Shown: positions 1-14,141 of the stretch, piece after piece
Numbering within the stretch: the stretch's first letter is position 1
How the letters are laid out: every line of letters begins with the position of its first letter
From: Trichoplax adhaerens
Taxonomy: Eukaryota > Animalia > Placozoa
Assembly: GCF_000150275.1 (NCBI RefSeq)
Contig: NW_002060955.1
Span: 474,886 to 538,885, forward strand
Direction: 5' to 3'
Length of the DNA stretch: 64,000 nucleotides
Notes under the pieces: generated by a model
Seen by the model: only the letters and a program-made list of their open reading frames with translations
The model's database searches: none
What the model was told of the DNA's origin: nothing
Position numbers and translations under genes: made by a program

Positions 1-39
1 ATTGCTCGTATAAACAGCAAAATTTAACTTACTGATAAT

Positions 40-600
40 ATTGACTCGTGTCGTAGAGTAAATTTTAGTATGCATGATACAGACAATTTATATTCATCAT
101 TTATATAACGGAGTCAATAGAATTGATCAAAAACTACTGTAAATCTGCAATAGCAGCTTGCGGTGTATGTCCAGTATTTAGTATTTATGATGCGGGCTAT
201 TTTATTCATCCTCTACATGATGGAGTCAATTTTATTGACTCAACCCTACTGCAATTCTGTAATATCCACTTGTACTGTGTAACTAGTATTTAGTATTTAT
301 GATACTGGCAATTTCTATAAAATCAATAGCCCTGCATCATTGACATGATGGAGTCAATGGAATGGATTAAAATCTATTGTAAATTTACAATTTCAGCTTG
401 TAGTGCATACCCAGGACTTTGTATTTATGATATAGGCTATTTGTAGAATGTAAATACTGTCGGCTGTATCATTTCCTTGATGGTAGCAATAGACTTGGCT
501 ACAAACTATTGCGAATCTACAATATTAGCTTGTACTGCATATTTAGGATTGAGTATTTACAGTATGATGGGACAAAGCAGGCTAATGTACAAATTTATAA
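40..600. repeat. Degenerate tandem repeat, about 110-130 bp unit
   Basis: The ggagtcaat...actactg...agcttg...gtatttatgat motif recurs at about 108, 218, 346 and 478, with a further relic at about 866. Confidence 0.75.
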
Positions 601-1879
601 ACCAGGTATCTAGAATTCTATGTAGCGGAATTGAGCCTGCCCTTACTATTGATTTATATCACAAAATAAATAAAATAAATAAATGTCCAGGCAAGTTATG
701 AAACAACTTTTATGCTGTACGTAATAATAATAACAGTAGTGACAGTATCTATCCAGTTAGTTAAGATTTCAGTCTAGCTCATGTCATCAGTAACTAAAAC
801 TCCTCGCTTTTTATTGATCCAACTAAGAAATAGGTCTGATGGATGTACTAAACCTACCACAGTGCATGATGGAAGCAATGAAATTGACTAAAAGCTACTG
901 CAAATCGACACTATCCGCTTGTAGTACACACTCTTGCCTCTAATTACAACGTCAACATTCAAGCTAGCCAACAAGCACAATATGAACCAGTCGATTGTAG
1001 CAAGATGTAGCAATTCAACTTGTAATCAAGATGTAAATGAACCATTGATTGATCCAGTAGAACTTTGTAATGTGTATTTATACCTCTTTTGATCGCTCAT
1101 CTTTGTCGTGAAATAAAATTGATCCGATTTTTTTCTTGAATTCAAGGGTTTCTTGCTTGAAATTGTGCTTGTTATGATAGATTATGGTAATGAAATGTTG
1201 TTATGATTGAATCGCCAACTCCTACAGCACTCTTTAATGATGATGGGATATCAAGGGTATACTGATTGGATTTGTTATTCCACTTTTCCAATAGATGGAC
1301 GAGATGTGCCTATGCTTGTTTCACCGTTGCCACTAGCTCAAGCACTAGCTGCACTACTAAACTGCTATCTAATTTATAGAAAAAATTCTCTCCACGCCTA
1401 CCGCCAATAATATTGCACAATTCTGCTACATCGCGGGGTAACAGTGGTGTTTAAGATACACTTTATACTGTCTCTAGGTGCTACCATCCATCCTCCTTGT
1501 TCAAATTAAATGTCACTCTGTCAATATTTCCTTCCGTAACTAATTACTCTACTTTATTGTATAGTAGATTATAATTTGACCTCTGTCCATTGCCTCTTTC
1601 AAAAGATCTCCTCGCGTCTATTCGAGGTCGCAGTATAACCTTTAACCTTTTCCATTACAGTATTACTAGACTTGTCATTTTGTAGTAGACTTTTCCCTGT
1701 TTCTACAGTACCTCAATTAATGTTAATGCACACTATGCTAACTGCAATGCCATTCGATGTGGTTTCTTTACCTTTCTTGTACTTATCATACCACTGTTGC
1801 AGTCACGTGTTGGAAAAAAAAACTGATGATCATGATGTTATTATTTTGAATTAGAATTAATTCTATAATCTTGATCATG

Positions 1880-2860
1880 GCATGGATGATCCACTGCTAG
1901 AAATCATCAACAACAACAGGTTGAATTGTTGATCCACTGTTGAGCTGATGATATTATGATCATCGTTCGAGATCCTCGATAACTGCGTAGAAATCGTACT
2001 TTCCAGACCTTATTAGGGGCTCGAAACAAAACTAGAACGCCTATCCAATGTAAACTAATCTGTCTTACCAATATTCACCTACAGTCATTAAAATTAAAAT
2101 TATCGGGTGGATCATCATGCGAGATCAACTGATTACTATTATTAAACTATCATCGACAACAACATGCTGATCAACTATTGATCTCATCACCATCCTATAG
2201 ATCATGCATAGATGCTTTAAAATAAAGCTAGAACGTCTGTCTACTGTAAATTAACAACTCTCGCTACCTACAGACATTGTCCCGTTGATCATCTTATTCG
2301 ATCAACTAATTGCTATCATCAACAACAACATGCTGATCAACTGTTGATCAGATCACTATCCTATAGATCAAGTATAGATGCTTTAAAATAAAGCTAGAAC
2401 GTCTGCCTACTATAAATTAACAACTCTCTCCATCTACAGATATCGTCCCATTGATCATCTTATTCGATCAACTAATTGCTATCATCAACAACAACAAAGT
2501 GATCAACTGTTGATCCGATCACCATCCTATAGATCATGCACAGATGCTTTAAAGCAAAACTAGAACACCTGTCTACTGTAAATTAACAGCTCTATCCACC
2601 TACAGACATTATCCGTTGATCATCCTATTCGATCAACTAATTGAAATCATCGATCGATGACAGCAACATGCTGATCAACTGTTTGCCCGATCATCATCGT
2701 TAGGTGGTCTAAAACAAAGCTAGAAAGTCTGTGTACTGTAGACTAATAACTCTATCCACCATTCCACTATCATCATTGTCAATAGATCATCAGGCTGCAT
2801 CAGCGCCTTAAAATCATCGGCAGCAACCTACTGATCAACTGTTGTTCATCCTTATCGTTG
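1880..2860. repeat. Degenerate tandem repeat, about 165-190 bp unit
   Basis: aa(a/g)ctagaa at about 2030, 2225, 2392, 2558, 2718; caacaacatgctgatcaactgttgatc recurs. Confidence 0.85.
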
Positions 2861-2989
2861 AAGATCCTCGATGGCAACTTACTGCCACGTCATCGTGATG
2901 GACAGCCAGCGTAGTGTTTACTTATCACAGTAAATCCCGCCTGCTCGTCCAGAGCTGCTCCTAAACAAAGCTATAACTGCTATACGAGT

Positions 2990-3450
2990 ACAATTCTACT
3001 ATCCCGTGATCTGATGAATCTAAGTGATAACTGAATGGACTAAGGAAATTACTAGTAAAAATTAAAACTCTATATGACGATGGCTCCATTCTATCGGCAA
3101 CAAGTAAAATTATTTCTTGTACATGATTTGTTGTACATTCGGTCGTGATTGATATAATGGTTAACATGATGAACTATCCATTCTATTTTCCCATGATCTA
3201 ATCAACCTAAATGATCACTGAATGGGCTCTAGAATATCACCAGCATAAGTGATGTCGTTATGGCGTACTAAGCCTAGATATCCCATGTTGAGATGTTGAG
3301 CCCTCTAGACTATCCTGCAAAAAATGAAGAATTATGGCCACACTAGTAGGGTACTCCACAACATAACTCCGTTGTAGTCATGATAGAGACAAGCTAAAAT
3401 TATCCTATATGACTTCCTTTGGTAGTTATTAGAGGGAGACGTTAAACTAG
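2990..3450. repeat. Two units of the about 300-bp satellite also found at 11900-14140
   Basis: ttctactatcccgtgatctgatgaatct at 2994 and ttctattttcccatgatcta at 3181. Confidence 0.7.
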
Positions 3451-4229
3451 GGTAGTTTTTTTTTATTTATTTATATATAACACTAACATATATATAACAT
3501 ATATATATCGACAATAGTTTGATCATCCTGATGTAACAGATGATTGGTAATAAGCACTAACTGGGTGTGGCTCAGCCACTTACATCGGGAAACTACCTTG
3601 TCGCTGTTGTTACTCCACAAGTTGCCTCAACATTTAGCTGCTGCTATTTCCATCAGGTTTTCTCTAGCCATTCTTACTCCGACGGTAAGCATCGCTTTAT
3701 TTTGTTGCATTATAAGCTATGATAGAAACTTGCAAACGTGTACAGTATATACAGATGTACGTATAATCATGGACTACTAAATTACATGTACATCTAGTAG
3801 TCCATAGTTGACATATTCCATGCTCTTTCAATCGACGTGGTTATCAAAACTAACATTCTATCGATAAACCCACATTCGCTGTCTAGTCGTCATGATACCG
3901 ATCAAGACTCATTCACTCTTGACAGGATCATAAATCAACTGCAATTCATCATCATCTTACAGCGATGAAAACACTTTGAATCTTTTTCCCCCTCTGTTTA
4001 TCATCTTCAGGATGACGTCTATATTTTGTTGTAGCTATTCTGCAACCCAGCGTACGTACATTTGAAAAGATGAATTATATTTAGTGATTGCTCGATAAGC
4101 GATATTATACCACGCCTATGAGTAAACTCAATAACGACGCCTGAAAATTTTCATGCTTCCAATATACACAAAATATATTTCAATAATGCTTAGTTAGGAT
4201 AGCAACCGGTTTTATTCGTATCAAATTAG

Positions 4230-4960
4230 TAATAATCGCCTAACTAGTAGATAAATGGAATGATGCGATTTTAAATGTTTATTATGGTTCATTTTAATCC
4301 CTAACACATAGTTGATACTTGTGATAAGCAATTGAAGTCGATCGTCTAACGACTGGATAGATAAAATAATATCACTTTTGATGTTTATTACGGGTCATTT
4401 TAATCATTTAGTTGGTAATTATAGTAAGCAATCGACATCTATTAATTACCTAACGGCTAGATAGATGGAATGAAGCTACTTTAGATGCTTATTTATTATG
4501 AATCATTTTAATCATTTAGTAAGTATTTGTGATAAGCAGTCGACGTCTATTAATTATCGAACGGCTAAATAGGTGAAATGATACAATTTTAGATCTTTAT
4601 TATGGATCATTTTTATCATTCCGTCAGTAATTGTGGCTAGCAATTGACGTCTATTATCTAACGGCTGGAAAAATAAAATGATACCACTTTAGATATTTAT
4701 TATAAATTTTTTTAATCATTTGGTTGGGAACTGTGATTAACAATCGATGTCTATTAATTATCCAACGATTAGATAGGTGAAATGATGCCATTTTAGACGT
4801 CAGTATACAGAAGTATGGATCATTTTAAATATTTAATCGGCGATTGCAATAAACAGTTAATGCCGATCATTGAACGCCTAGACAAATGAAATGATACCAT
4901 TTTAAATAGATGGCATGGGTTATTTTAGATATTTAAACGATATGAACCATCAGGCTAATT
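4230..4960. repeat. Degenerate tandem repeat, about 110-120 bp unit, upstream of EPHX2 A; relic copies at about 17440-17900 upstream of B
   Basis: aaatgat....ttttagatgtttattatggatcatttta recurs about six times. Confidence 0.8.
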
Positions 4961-5227
4961 GGATAAAGGCTTGTGATTAAGTCCAGTTCTACTGCTAAAA
5001 TATCATACCAGGGCAAATAATAGGAGTATTATTACGACAAATGCTGAAACGATCTAATTTCCTTATTACTTCTAATATTAATAAGATTAATAATTTCAAA
5101 TAGATTATTAAGACTTCATTTATCTCTAATTTCTTCTTAAACATGTTCATATATAGGGCGTGTAATATCCATTTCAGTCTTTGCTTTATCTTATACTGTA
5201 GATCTAAAAAATTGAATTGATATCATC

Positions 5228-8200
5228 ATGAGTGGGTAAGTCATGCCATTATTTACAATTTGAGGAATTATTTTAATTTAACCTCTTAAAGTATGTCCAA
5301 AACTTATATTCATGTCCTGTAAACTAATGTTTCTGCTTCATTCTTCAGGAAGTATAAGGTGGTTATGTTTGATTACTATGGAGTCTTGTACTCATCATTA
5401 TCGCTTACGATAAGTAAGATGGAATTAGATCGTGGCCTTCCAAAGTAAGTCAATCACGTAGTGTCTACAATCTTCATATAAGCCAGCAATATTCGAAAAG
5501 AAATAGCTTACCCAGTGTCTACAGTCTTTAAAAACTCATCAATACTCGAAATAAGAAAATGGCATTACCATAGTATAATAATGAATTTATTAATACCTTA
5601 CTTTAACGTTTACTCTGATAATTGGATTATCAACGGTAGGAGAGTAGTTGAGCTCATTCTTATTTTTCACCTCATTAATAAATATTATTGCATTCTAACT
5701 GAGATGAGGTATTAATGCCTCTCGATAAAAAGAATTGATATCCTAATTTGCAAATTTCATTCTCTATATTGATTTTGATTCTACTACCTCACTGATTGGA
5801 CATACCCGTAATGAAACTTATAAGAAAAGAATAATTTATCCACTCGTCAATTTATTTATTTTGGATTCATGATTAAAATTAATCTGTGCTATTCCAGATT
5901 TTTTGACTCGTCGATGTTGTTAACTTGTTCCCTTATATCGTATAGATTTCCCTGCTTTGTAATACTATGTCCGTAATACTAGAATTTATTCATCTATATT
6001 GAAAATCCAACTATGATTATAGAATATAAATCATCACAATATAGCTCTTTTTACAATAAACATGCTAAGATATAATAAATCTTGCTATTACAATCATTTC
6101 TGCAGAAAGACGTAAATAAGATACAAGCATTGACTTTAAATCAGCTAGATTGTAATAAGAATTAATTATATTCTACCTTTACTAATTTATGCATATCTAC
6201 TAGGAATTTCATTCTCGCATTATTCATGCATGGTAGCCCTGAAAAGCCGTCATCTAGATTAATCAACGGTCAAATTACGTTTACTGAAGTACGCTTATTA
6301 AGCAAACATATTCCAAATTAAGAATGTATAGTCATGTAATCTTAAACCAACCCTATATCTGATTGAAGTCAACTTAGTATTTTTCAAGTTTTTGTTTCAA
6401 TTAAATGAAAATATGATATTAGATTAATCATTAATTTATTACCTTCTATACTATAGTTTCTCCCCTTATTTGAGAAACAACTGACTGAAGCATCTATCGC
6501 TCAAGGTGTCCAACTTCCCGAAAGATTTAGTATTAATGACTTTTTTACCGATTGCATTGATTGCTTGAGGCCAAATCAGCTTGTATTAGACTCAATCTCT
6601 AATTTACAAGAAGCTGGTAAGTCTAATTAGCTAATATAGAATATTGACAAAGATCTCGTATGGAGCAGGTATATCAAAAACTAATTCGTAAAACTATTCT
6701 TTTATCCTCTCATCTCTAGGCTATAAAGTATGCTTTCTAGGCAATATTGGTTTGATCGAAGGACCAACTGGAAATAAATTTACTCGTATGAAAATAAATT
6801 TACGTTTTACGTGTGATTACTACTTTGAAAGTTGTCAAGTTGGTATGGCAAGACCTGATCCTAAGTTCTATCAACATGCACTTAAAGAGATGAATGTTAA
6901 AGCAGACGAGGTAATTTTGTATTAATATTATTGTAAAACTTATTAAAAATGCTAGTTTTTAACCCTCATTTATTTGCCTATTGATAAGCATCTGCATTTT
7001 CTTCTTTATAAATGTAATAATGACGTTTAGGTAATTTCAGTTGAATCGACGGAACAATATTGCAAACTTGCAACTAGCATTGGCATGACAGGAATTGTTG
7101 CTGAAGACCAACCTACGGTCTTGAAAAAACTAAGCGAATTAACTGGTATTAATGTGAGTATATTAAAGACACGATAACCTCAGAAAGTACAAACTACTCT
7201 CTAAGTAATATATCTCTTTTGACTACTTGCCATTTAGTTTAGCAAATTATCCAGGCCTGCTGCCTGCAATCCAGACAGTGTAACACACTGCTATTTTACT
7301 ACAACTGTAGGTGGTGTAATAACTTGTTATTGCTATCAAATATAATTTTCCTAAAGAATAACAACTTTAGATAGAAATATTAAGTGTTGAGCAAATCACT
7401 TTAATCCCTTAATCAGATGATACCAACGCTTAAATTAGAAAACTTGTTTCTGTATTTAATTATAAAGAGTGGCGTCAAGATTCATTTTGTCGAGAAAGGT
7501 AACGGCCCTGCAGTTATTTTATCCCACGGCTTCCCAGAATTTTGGTATACATGGAGACATCAGGTGTGCATCATTAATAACAAGCCAATATGCATAAAGT
7601 GATATTTTGCTGGAAATTAGGGTGTAAAGTGTTAGAAGCTAAGTCTGTATTCTCCATGCTTACATACCTTTACAAATTTGTCGTTCAATGCTAGATTCCA
7701 TTTCTTGCAAGGCTTGGGTACCGCGTTATTGCCTTGGATCACCGTGGTTATGGGGAATCTGATCAACCGCCAAGTAAGGGGAATACTATACGTATATTTG
7801 TCGATATCATTTTTAATGAGGCTGTGATTGTTGATTCTTCTATATTATAAATTTTATGTTTCCTATTAACAGATATTGATGATTACTCGATGAAACTTGT
7901 TAATCAGGTAAGACAGTAAAGTGATTGGAGCTGAAGTTTAAAAGATAGCATTACGATATAATCCGTTTCTATGTGTGTTCAACATATTCAACCTTTTACT
8001 ATATCAGAGATCTATGTGTAAGGCAGTAGTAGTATTTATATCTACCGTTTTAATACATTCATTATTAAGATCAATAATTTAATTAACTACTAAATATATT
8101 TTCATGTAGGATATTATCGATTTAATGGATAACTTGGTAGGTTATGATTAGAAATAAATATCTTTAACTTTGCTATATTGGTTTCTTGTTTTTGATTATT

Positions 8201-10809
8201 AAATGCTAACATAATTATTTTAGAATATTCATCAAGCTGTCCTCATTGGACACGATTGGGGTAGTGTTGTGGTATGGGAAGCAGCACTACGATTTCCTGA
8301 TCGTATCAAGTAAGTTAAATTACTTTATGCATAAGAAAAGTTGTCAATTTTGTCATATGGTACAGTAACTTCCATATTGGTTAGTACAGTCACGCTAAAA
8401 TAATTTAAGAATGAGCGAAGATCATTATTACAAATTGCGCATGAAGTAAATATTCCTTTTTCCTATTGCAGGGCGGTTGCAAGCCTGAACCTTGGATATT
8501 TTCCGCCTCATCCAGAGTACGACTTTACGCAATTAGTACAAGCAGATCCACAACAATTTGATTACTGCCTATATTTCTTTGATGAGGTATACTGCAACAA
8601 TATAAAAATATAGTGTGAAATATTTCGAGAAAGCATTCTTCCAAATAAATTTTAAACAGAAATTGGGAAATCATTTTCATCAACACTCTATACTATTATT
8701 TATTTTGTAAAGTAATAATTGAATGTATTATCATGAAATTACTCCGAAGAGTAATTTCGTTTTTTGTGTTTAACATTTTATGTTATTCATATATCCTTTA
8801 CAAATTAGGGGGTTGCTGAAGTAGAGCTGGAAAAGGATGTTGATCGTACATTGCGCTATATCTACTCAGATACAACACCAAAGGTATACCTGCTAGCGTT
8901 ATAAACTCTATTCGTACGTAGTATTATATTATCTAGGCAGCTTATATGCTCACAAATTCATCATCTTACTAGCCAATTTAACCTCGTAAAATGTTATTTA
9001 ATCCCATATGGAATGATAGAATACAACGGGTATCAAATTGGAGACTTTCACTGTCAGGAAAAGAGGTATCGAAAGTATATATCATAATTGATAATCTTGT
9101 GGACGTTGATGCTATCTACTTTATCACAAGAATGAAAGGATAAACGACGCTATTTTTATTAGAAAGCTATAACAATTTTACCCGTAAAATTATATAATCA
9201 ATGGGATAATCATCAACAGAGCTATAGAAACATCGTCACGTTTAATATATCAATATATCACAGCGAATATCGTACATAAACATTGATGCTATCTGATTTA
9301 TAACGGGAACTGAATAGTAAACTTTGCGTTTGTTAATAATGTAATAAATTATGCAGTTAAACTCGTAATCCAAAAAAATCGGCAAAAATACTGAGAATCA
9401 CCCCATTTAATATATGAACCTACGTTTTTCACCTATTTATTCAAGTTATGATACATTTGGTTAGATGTAAAGATTTCTTTTTATTTAGCTAATCTTACTT
9501 TCTTTCGTTAATAGGTGGATTACTGGCTGGCTTACCGGATGAATTGCCCAAGTGCTCTTTCATGAGTGATAAAGAATTTAATTACTGTGTGAAAAATTAC
9601 AAAAAGAACGGCTTCCAGTAATTAAAACATACTAAATTATGACTAAATCATAACAAATAACTGTATTTTCATACTATTGTAGCTTCATAATGTAGCGATA
9701 TAATTTAATCAGTCATTGATATTCTTAGTTATCCCTTAAATTGGTATCGAAATGAAGCTATAAATTGGAATAATATAAAAAGTATCGAACGGTACAAGGT
9801 AATATTCGATCTTCTGTTTTGATTTCTTATAGCATCTTTGGTAATGTGATTCATTCAATCTATTTTCGCTAGAAGATGATTTACGGATTTTCTTATACAA
9901 TTAACAGAAATAGTTTCTAGGCAAATTTTTATGCCGTATTTTTATCGTATTGATCCATTTATAAAGGATAGACATGATGTACAATGTACATGCATACGAT
10001 ATTCTAATTTTAGTAGTACTGTAAAGCCATAAGTTACAGTTTTATAACTTATCAGAAATTATTTTAGTATATTTTTAATAGATTAAGCAATAAAATATCG
10101 TATTATTATTACTATCAATATGTTGTTAAGGGAACTAGATATTGCGATTTAGTTTCCTGTAATATTATTCGCAGCCTTAAGAATACACGCAATAGTATCA
10201 GTGACTTTCCCTAAGCGATATTAGTAAGTTTTACGTCATAGTAGTAGCACTTATTGAGGTGTCGTAGACCTCAAATGGAGACAAAGGTAATCATTGCAGG
10301 TTTAATATAGAGTTCATTAGTTTTATGCCAAGACGATGTAATAGGTTTATTACTGTTTAGGACTTGTTGAAAAGTTTACGGTCAAATAAGATCATTTTCC
10401 TTCTCTATTTAGCACATCTTGTCGTCCTTATCTGTAAGAGGATTCCGGCAATTTCATAACGATAGGAATGACCATTTCTACTTTAAATTTTCCAAATATA
10501 TTAGATTTATCAGCCGGCGTTAATGGTGACCGCCGAGTATGATCCTATTTTGCTACCAGAGTTGACCAATGGGATGGAGGAATATGTGCCTAATTTAACA
10601 CGCGCTAATCTACTGTGTGGCCACTGGACCCAGTCAGAATGGTATGAATTAATATTGAATTTTATCCAGACATAGCATTTGATTGTCTATATCAGTTAGC
10701 ATTTGCATTATTTGGTAATTTTGTAATGATATTTTAATATCCTTACCATAGTCCGGCTGAGTTGAATCGCGTCCTTTCTAAGTGGTTGCCAAAGGTATCA
10801 GCTAATTAA
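5228..10809 (+). CDS. EPHX2: Soluble epoxide hydrolase, copy A (HAD-like N-terminal domain + alpha/beta-hydrolase), 19 coding exons, 552 aa
   Basis: Exons: 5228-5235, 5349-5444, 6204-6288, 6457-6616, 6720-6910, 7031-7153, 7238-7306, 7468-7563, 7695-7773, 7873-7907, 8110-8136, 8224-8309, 8472-8586, 8809-8883, 9020-9065, 9515-9617, 9729-9798, 10505-10641, 10752-10809. All introns GT-AG; the 1659-nt frame is open. Motifs: HGFPEFW (oxyanion), [13 protein letters not shown] (nucleophile Asp), FDY and NWYRN (two Tyr), TAEYD (acid), CGHWTQ (His). The N-terminus [10 protein letters not shown]...[12 protein letters not shown] aligns with the sEH phosphatase domain. Confidence 0.95.
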
Positions 10810-11899
10810 TGTCAAGATGATCGGACAAATTCAATTGCAAGCACCATTTGAAATTTGTTCGATAATCTGTCCACTCTTGATTGATTAGTCGTTTGCAAAG
10901 TAAAAGTTTAACTATTACGATTTAGAATATGTACTCGTTCATTATAATGTTAAAATGGAGCTAAGTAATACCTTGTAAACTAATGCTAAATACTTTGTTT
11001 GACTCCGCGTAGGTGAGTTGTATTGCAACTAATTTGCGATACTCAAATATAATTTCATGATATCAAAGCTAACTCTTGGCCTTATATTATTTAAATTAAA
11101 TTATTTAAAAGCTGCAATGAACTAAACTAAAGCTTGAAATTTTTATATTCTAAATATATGGCATAATCAGTTCATTACGCTGGAATAATCCTATAACTCA
11201 AGTATACTAAAGCCACCCTATTGATCGCATTCGTTGCTGACATTTTGCCCCTTTATGGCACTCAAAATCTATTCATTGAGATATTCCATTTCAGCTATGA
11301 TACATAGCGCTAAATTATATAACTTTAAGACTGGCTATTACTACTTTGCTCATGAAATTGAAACAATCAAACTTTTGCCCATTTTCCTGATTAGTTTTTA
11401 ACGTCTTTAATTACTTGACCAATTACGATTTCTACAATTGATAGAAGGTCTAATAGAGACGTTAAACACTAGCTGGATTATAGAATTTCAACTGTACGTC
11501 TATATTACAATGAGTGGATTGCTTACAGCCAAAAAAATGACTAGATGAGATTAAAGGAGGAGATATCGGAGGAAAATAGCCCGATGATTTTCTTAAAATG
11601 ATATCATCCGTGGCGTTCAATTTATATTGAGGTAACTCCAACTAGTGGCATTATTTTTGCAAAAGACTTGTTTTACCCTTGTTAGTGTATGATACTGTAA
11701 GATCTCGCTTACTTCACTTCACTTCAATTTGATCAATTTGTTAGAATTAGCAAAACACTATCTTATCTCACAATAAGAATACTTATAACTAGAGCATTAC
11801 TTAATTAGTTAATACTGAAGGAATCTTAAAATTTACCCGGCACTACAGATACTTACTATTACGCTGCTTTTTAATGTCAAGATTAGTGATAAACCGTGC

Positions 11900-14141
11900 T
11901 ATGTACGTAGGTTTTACTTTCCCATGATCTGATGAATATCAGTCATAAGCTGAAAGTACTATAGCAATCGCTCATAAAATAGATGTCATCACGACTTCAT
12001 AGGATGGGCAGTGAGTGACATTATTTTTGCAAATGATTGCTTGTATGCTTGATAGTTAGTGTATGATGTTGAACACAACGCTCATATACATTATCAATAT
12101 CAGTCTGCCGCCGCAATATACATTCTACTTTCCCGTAATTTAATAAATCTGAGTAATCACTAAATGGACTATAGAAATTGCTGGCAAAAATGATGACGTG
12201 CCAAGATAGCAATGACCACCTGTTCAGCTATAGATAGTAGCCTTCAAGAAATAAAGTAGTTATTAGTACTTAGCAATAGAACTCCAGGGTAGTTATCATA
12301 CAAGCAAACTAAAGTTATCCTTTTTTTACCTCCTTGGTACTGTAACACTAATTTGTTGATAAAGTTTATCGACGCTAGGCCATCGCTGCACTATACTCGT
12401 ACATACATTCTACTTTCTTGCGATCTGATCAATCTGAGTGATCACTGAATATACTATAAAAATTGCTGGCAAAAATGATGTCTAGATCACTTATACAGCT
12501 CCAGATAGTATCCTCCAAGAATTGAAGTACTTTCGCTCGTAGTAAGCAATAGAAGTCCTGTATAATCATCATAGAGGTAAAGCAACATTATCCTTTTTCG
12601 CCTCCCTAAGTAGTCATAGGGTTGAGACAGCAAACTAGCGTAATACTTGTAGGACTGTACCACTAGTTTGCTTACATACGGTAGTTTATCAACGTTAGCC
12701 CATCGCTGCACTGAACGAGTATATTCTACTTTGCCGTGATCTGATAAATCTGAGCGATTACTGAATTTACTATAAAAATCGCTGGCAAAAACGATGTCGC
12801 GATCACATACTTAGCTCTAGATAGTACCCTCCAATAAATGAAGTACTTTTACTGTAATAAGCAATAGAACTCCAGTATAGCCATCATAGAGGCAAACCAA
12901 GATTATCTTTTTCGCCTTCTGAAGTAGTCATTGGATTAAGACAGCAAACTATCGTAATGTCTGTACTACTAATTTGTTTATATACGGTTGTTTATCAATG
13001 TTAGCCCATTGCTACAGTACTGTATATATTTTACTTTCCTGTCATTTGATGAATTTGAACGATTACTGTATTTACTCTAAAAATCACGAGTAAAAACGAT
13101 GTCGTGATCACCAATTCAACTCTTAATAGTATCTTCCAAGAAATGAAATACTTTTACTAGTTAGTACTAAGCAATAGAGCTCTTGGATAGTTATCATCGA
13201 GACAAACCAAAGCTATCCTCTTTAACAGCTTAGGTAGTTATTAGATAGATGTAATAAACGAATGTTATGCTTGTAGTACTGTTACCACTAATTTGCTAAT
13301 ACTAAACTATAGAGTGAGGCAAATTAAAGTTATCCTTTTTTTTATCTGCTTAGGTAGTCATTGGATTGATGCAGAAAGCTAGTGTTATGTTTGTCGTACT
13401 ATACCATTAGTTTGTTTATACTAAACCATGGACTATGAGTTTCCTATGATCTGATGAATCTGAGCAAATAGTGAATGGACGATAGAAATCGCTCGCCAAA
13501 AAATGGCGTGATGACCTATTTAACACTAGATAGTACTCTGCAAGAAAATTGAAATACTTTTACTAGTACTAAGCAACAGAACTTCAGGGTAGTCGTCATA
13601 GAGGTAAACCAAAGTTATCCTTTTCTACCTGTTTAGGTAGTCATTAGATTGATTCAGTAAACTAGTGTTATACTTGTAGCACTGTACCACTATGCTATAA
13701 CTAATAAACCATGGACTACTAAGTTTCCTGTGATCTGATCAATCTAAGCGATCACTAAATGGACGATAGGAATCGATGGTAAAAACAATATCGCGGAGAA
13801 CTATTCAGCTCCAGATAGTACCCTCCAAGAAATAAAGTACTTTTACTAGTACTACCCAGTAGAACTCTAGTGCAATCATCATAGTGGTAAACCAGCATGA
13901 TGTTTTTTACCTCCTTAAGTAGCTATTAAATTGAGACAGCAAACTAGCGCTATTTATAGTACTATACCACTAGTTTGTTTCGATGGCTTATCCATGCCAG
14001 TATTATACATACTGCTTTCTTGTAATCTGATGAATCTGCGCGATCACTAAATGGACTATAAAAATTGCTCACATAAATGATGTCGTAATTACCTCTTCAA
14101 CCCTAAATACTACGTTGCAAAAAAAGAAGTAATTATAGTGG
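11900..14141. repeat. Degenerate satellite, about 8 units averaging 300 bp, continuing between the LTRs to about 16150
   Basis: tttcc..(g/a)atctgat(g/c/a)aatctgag...ggactata at about 11918, 12128, 12413, 12729, 13035, 13440, 13724, 14016. Confidence 0.85.

Noticed and set aside
477-3780. Short ORFs in the first 4 kb and other 60-90 aa intergenic ORFs (12021-17323, 30101-30573, 38138-49443, 63348-63681)
   Set aside because: They lie in repeats or AT-rich spacer, show no recognisable motifs, and many use non-ATG starts.
10807-10851. Stop-codon readthrough creating a peroxisomal signal on EPHX2
   Set aside because: The stop is TAA; the copy A extension ends in STI, not an SKL-like tripeptide, and the context is not a readthrough motif.
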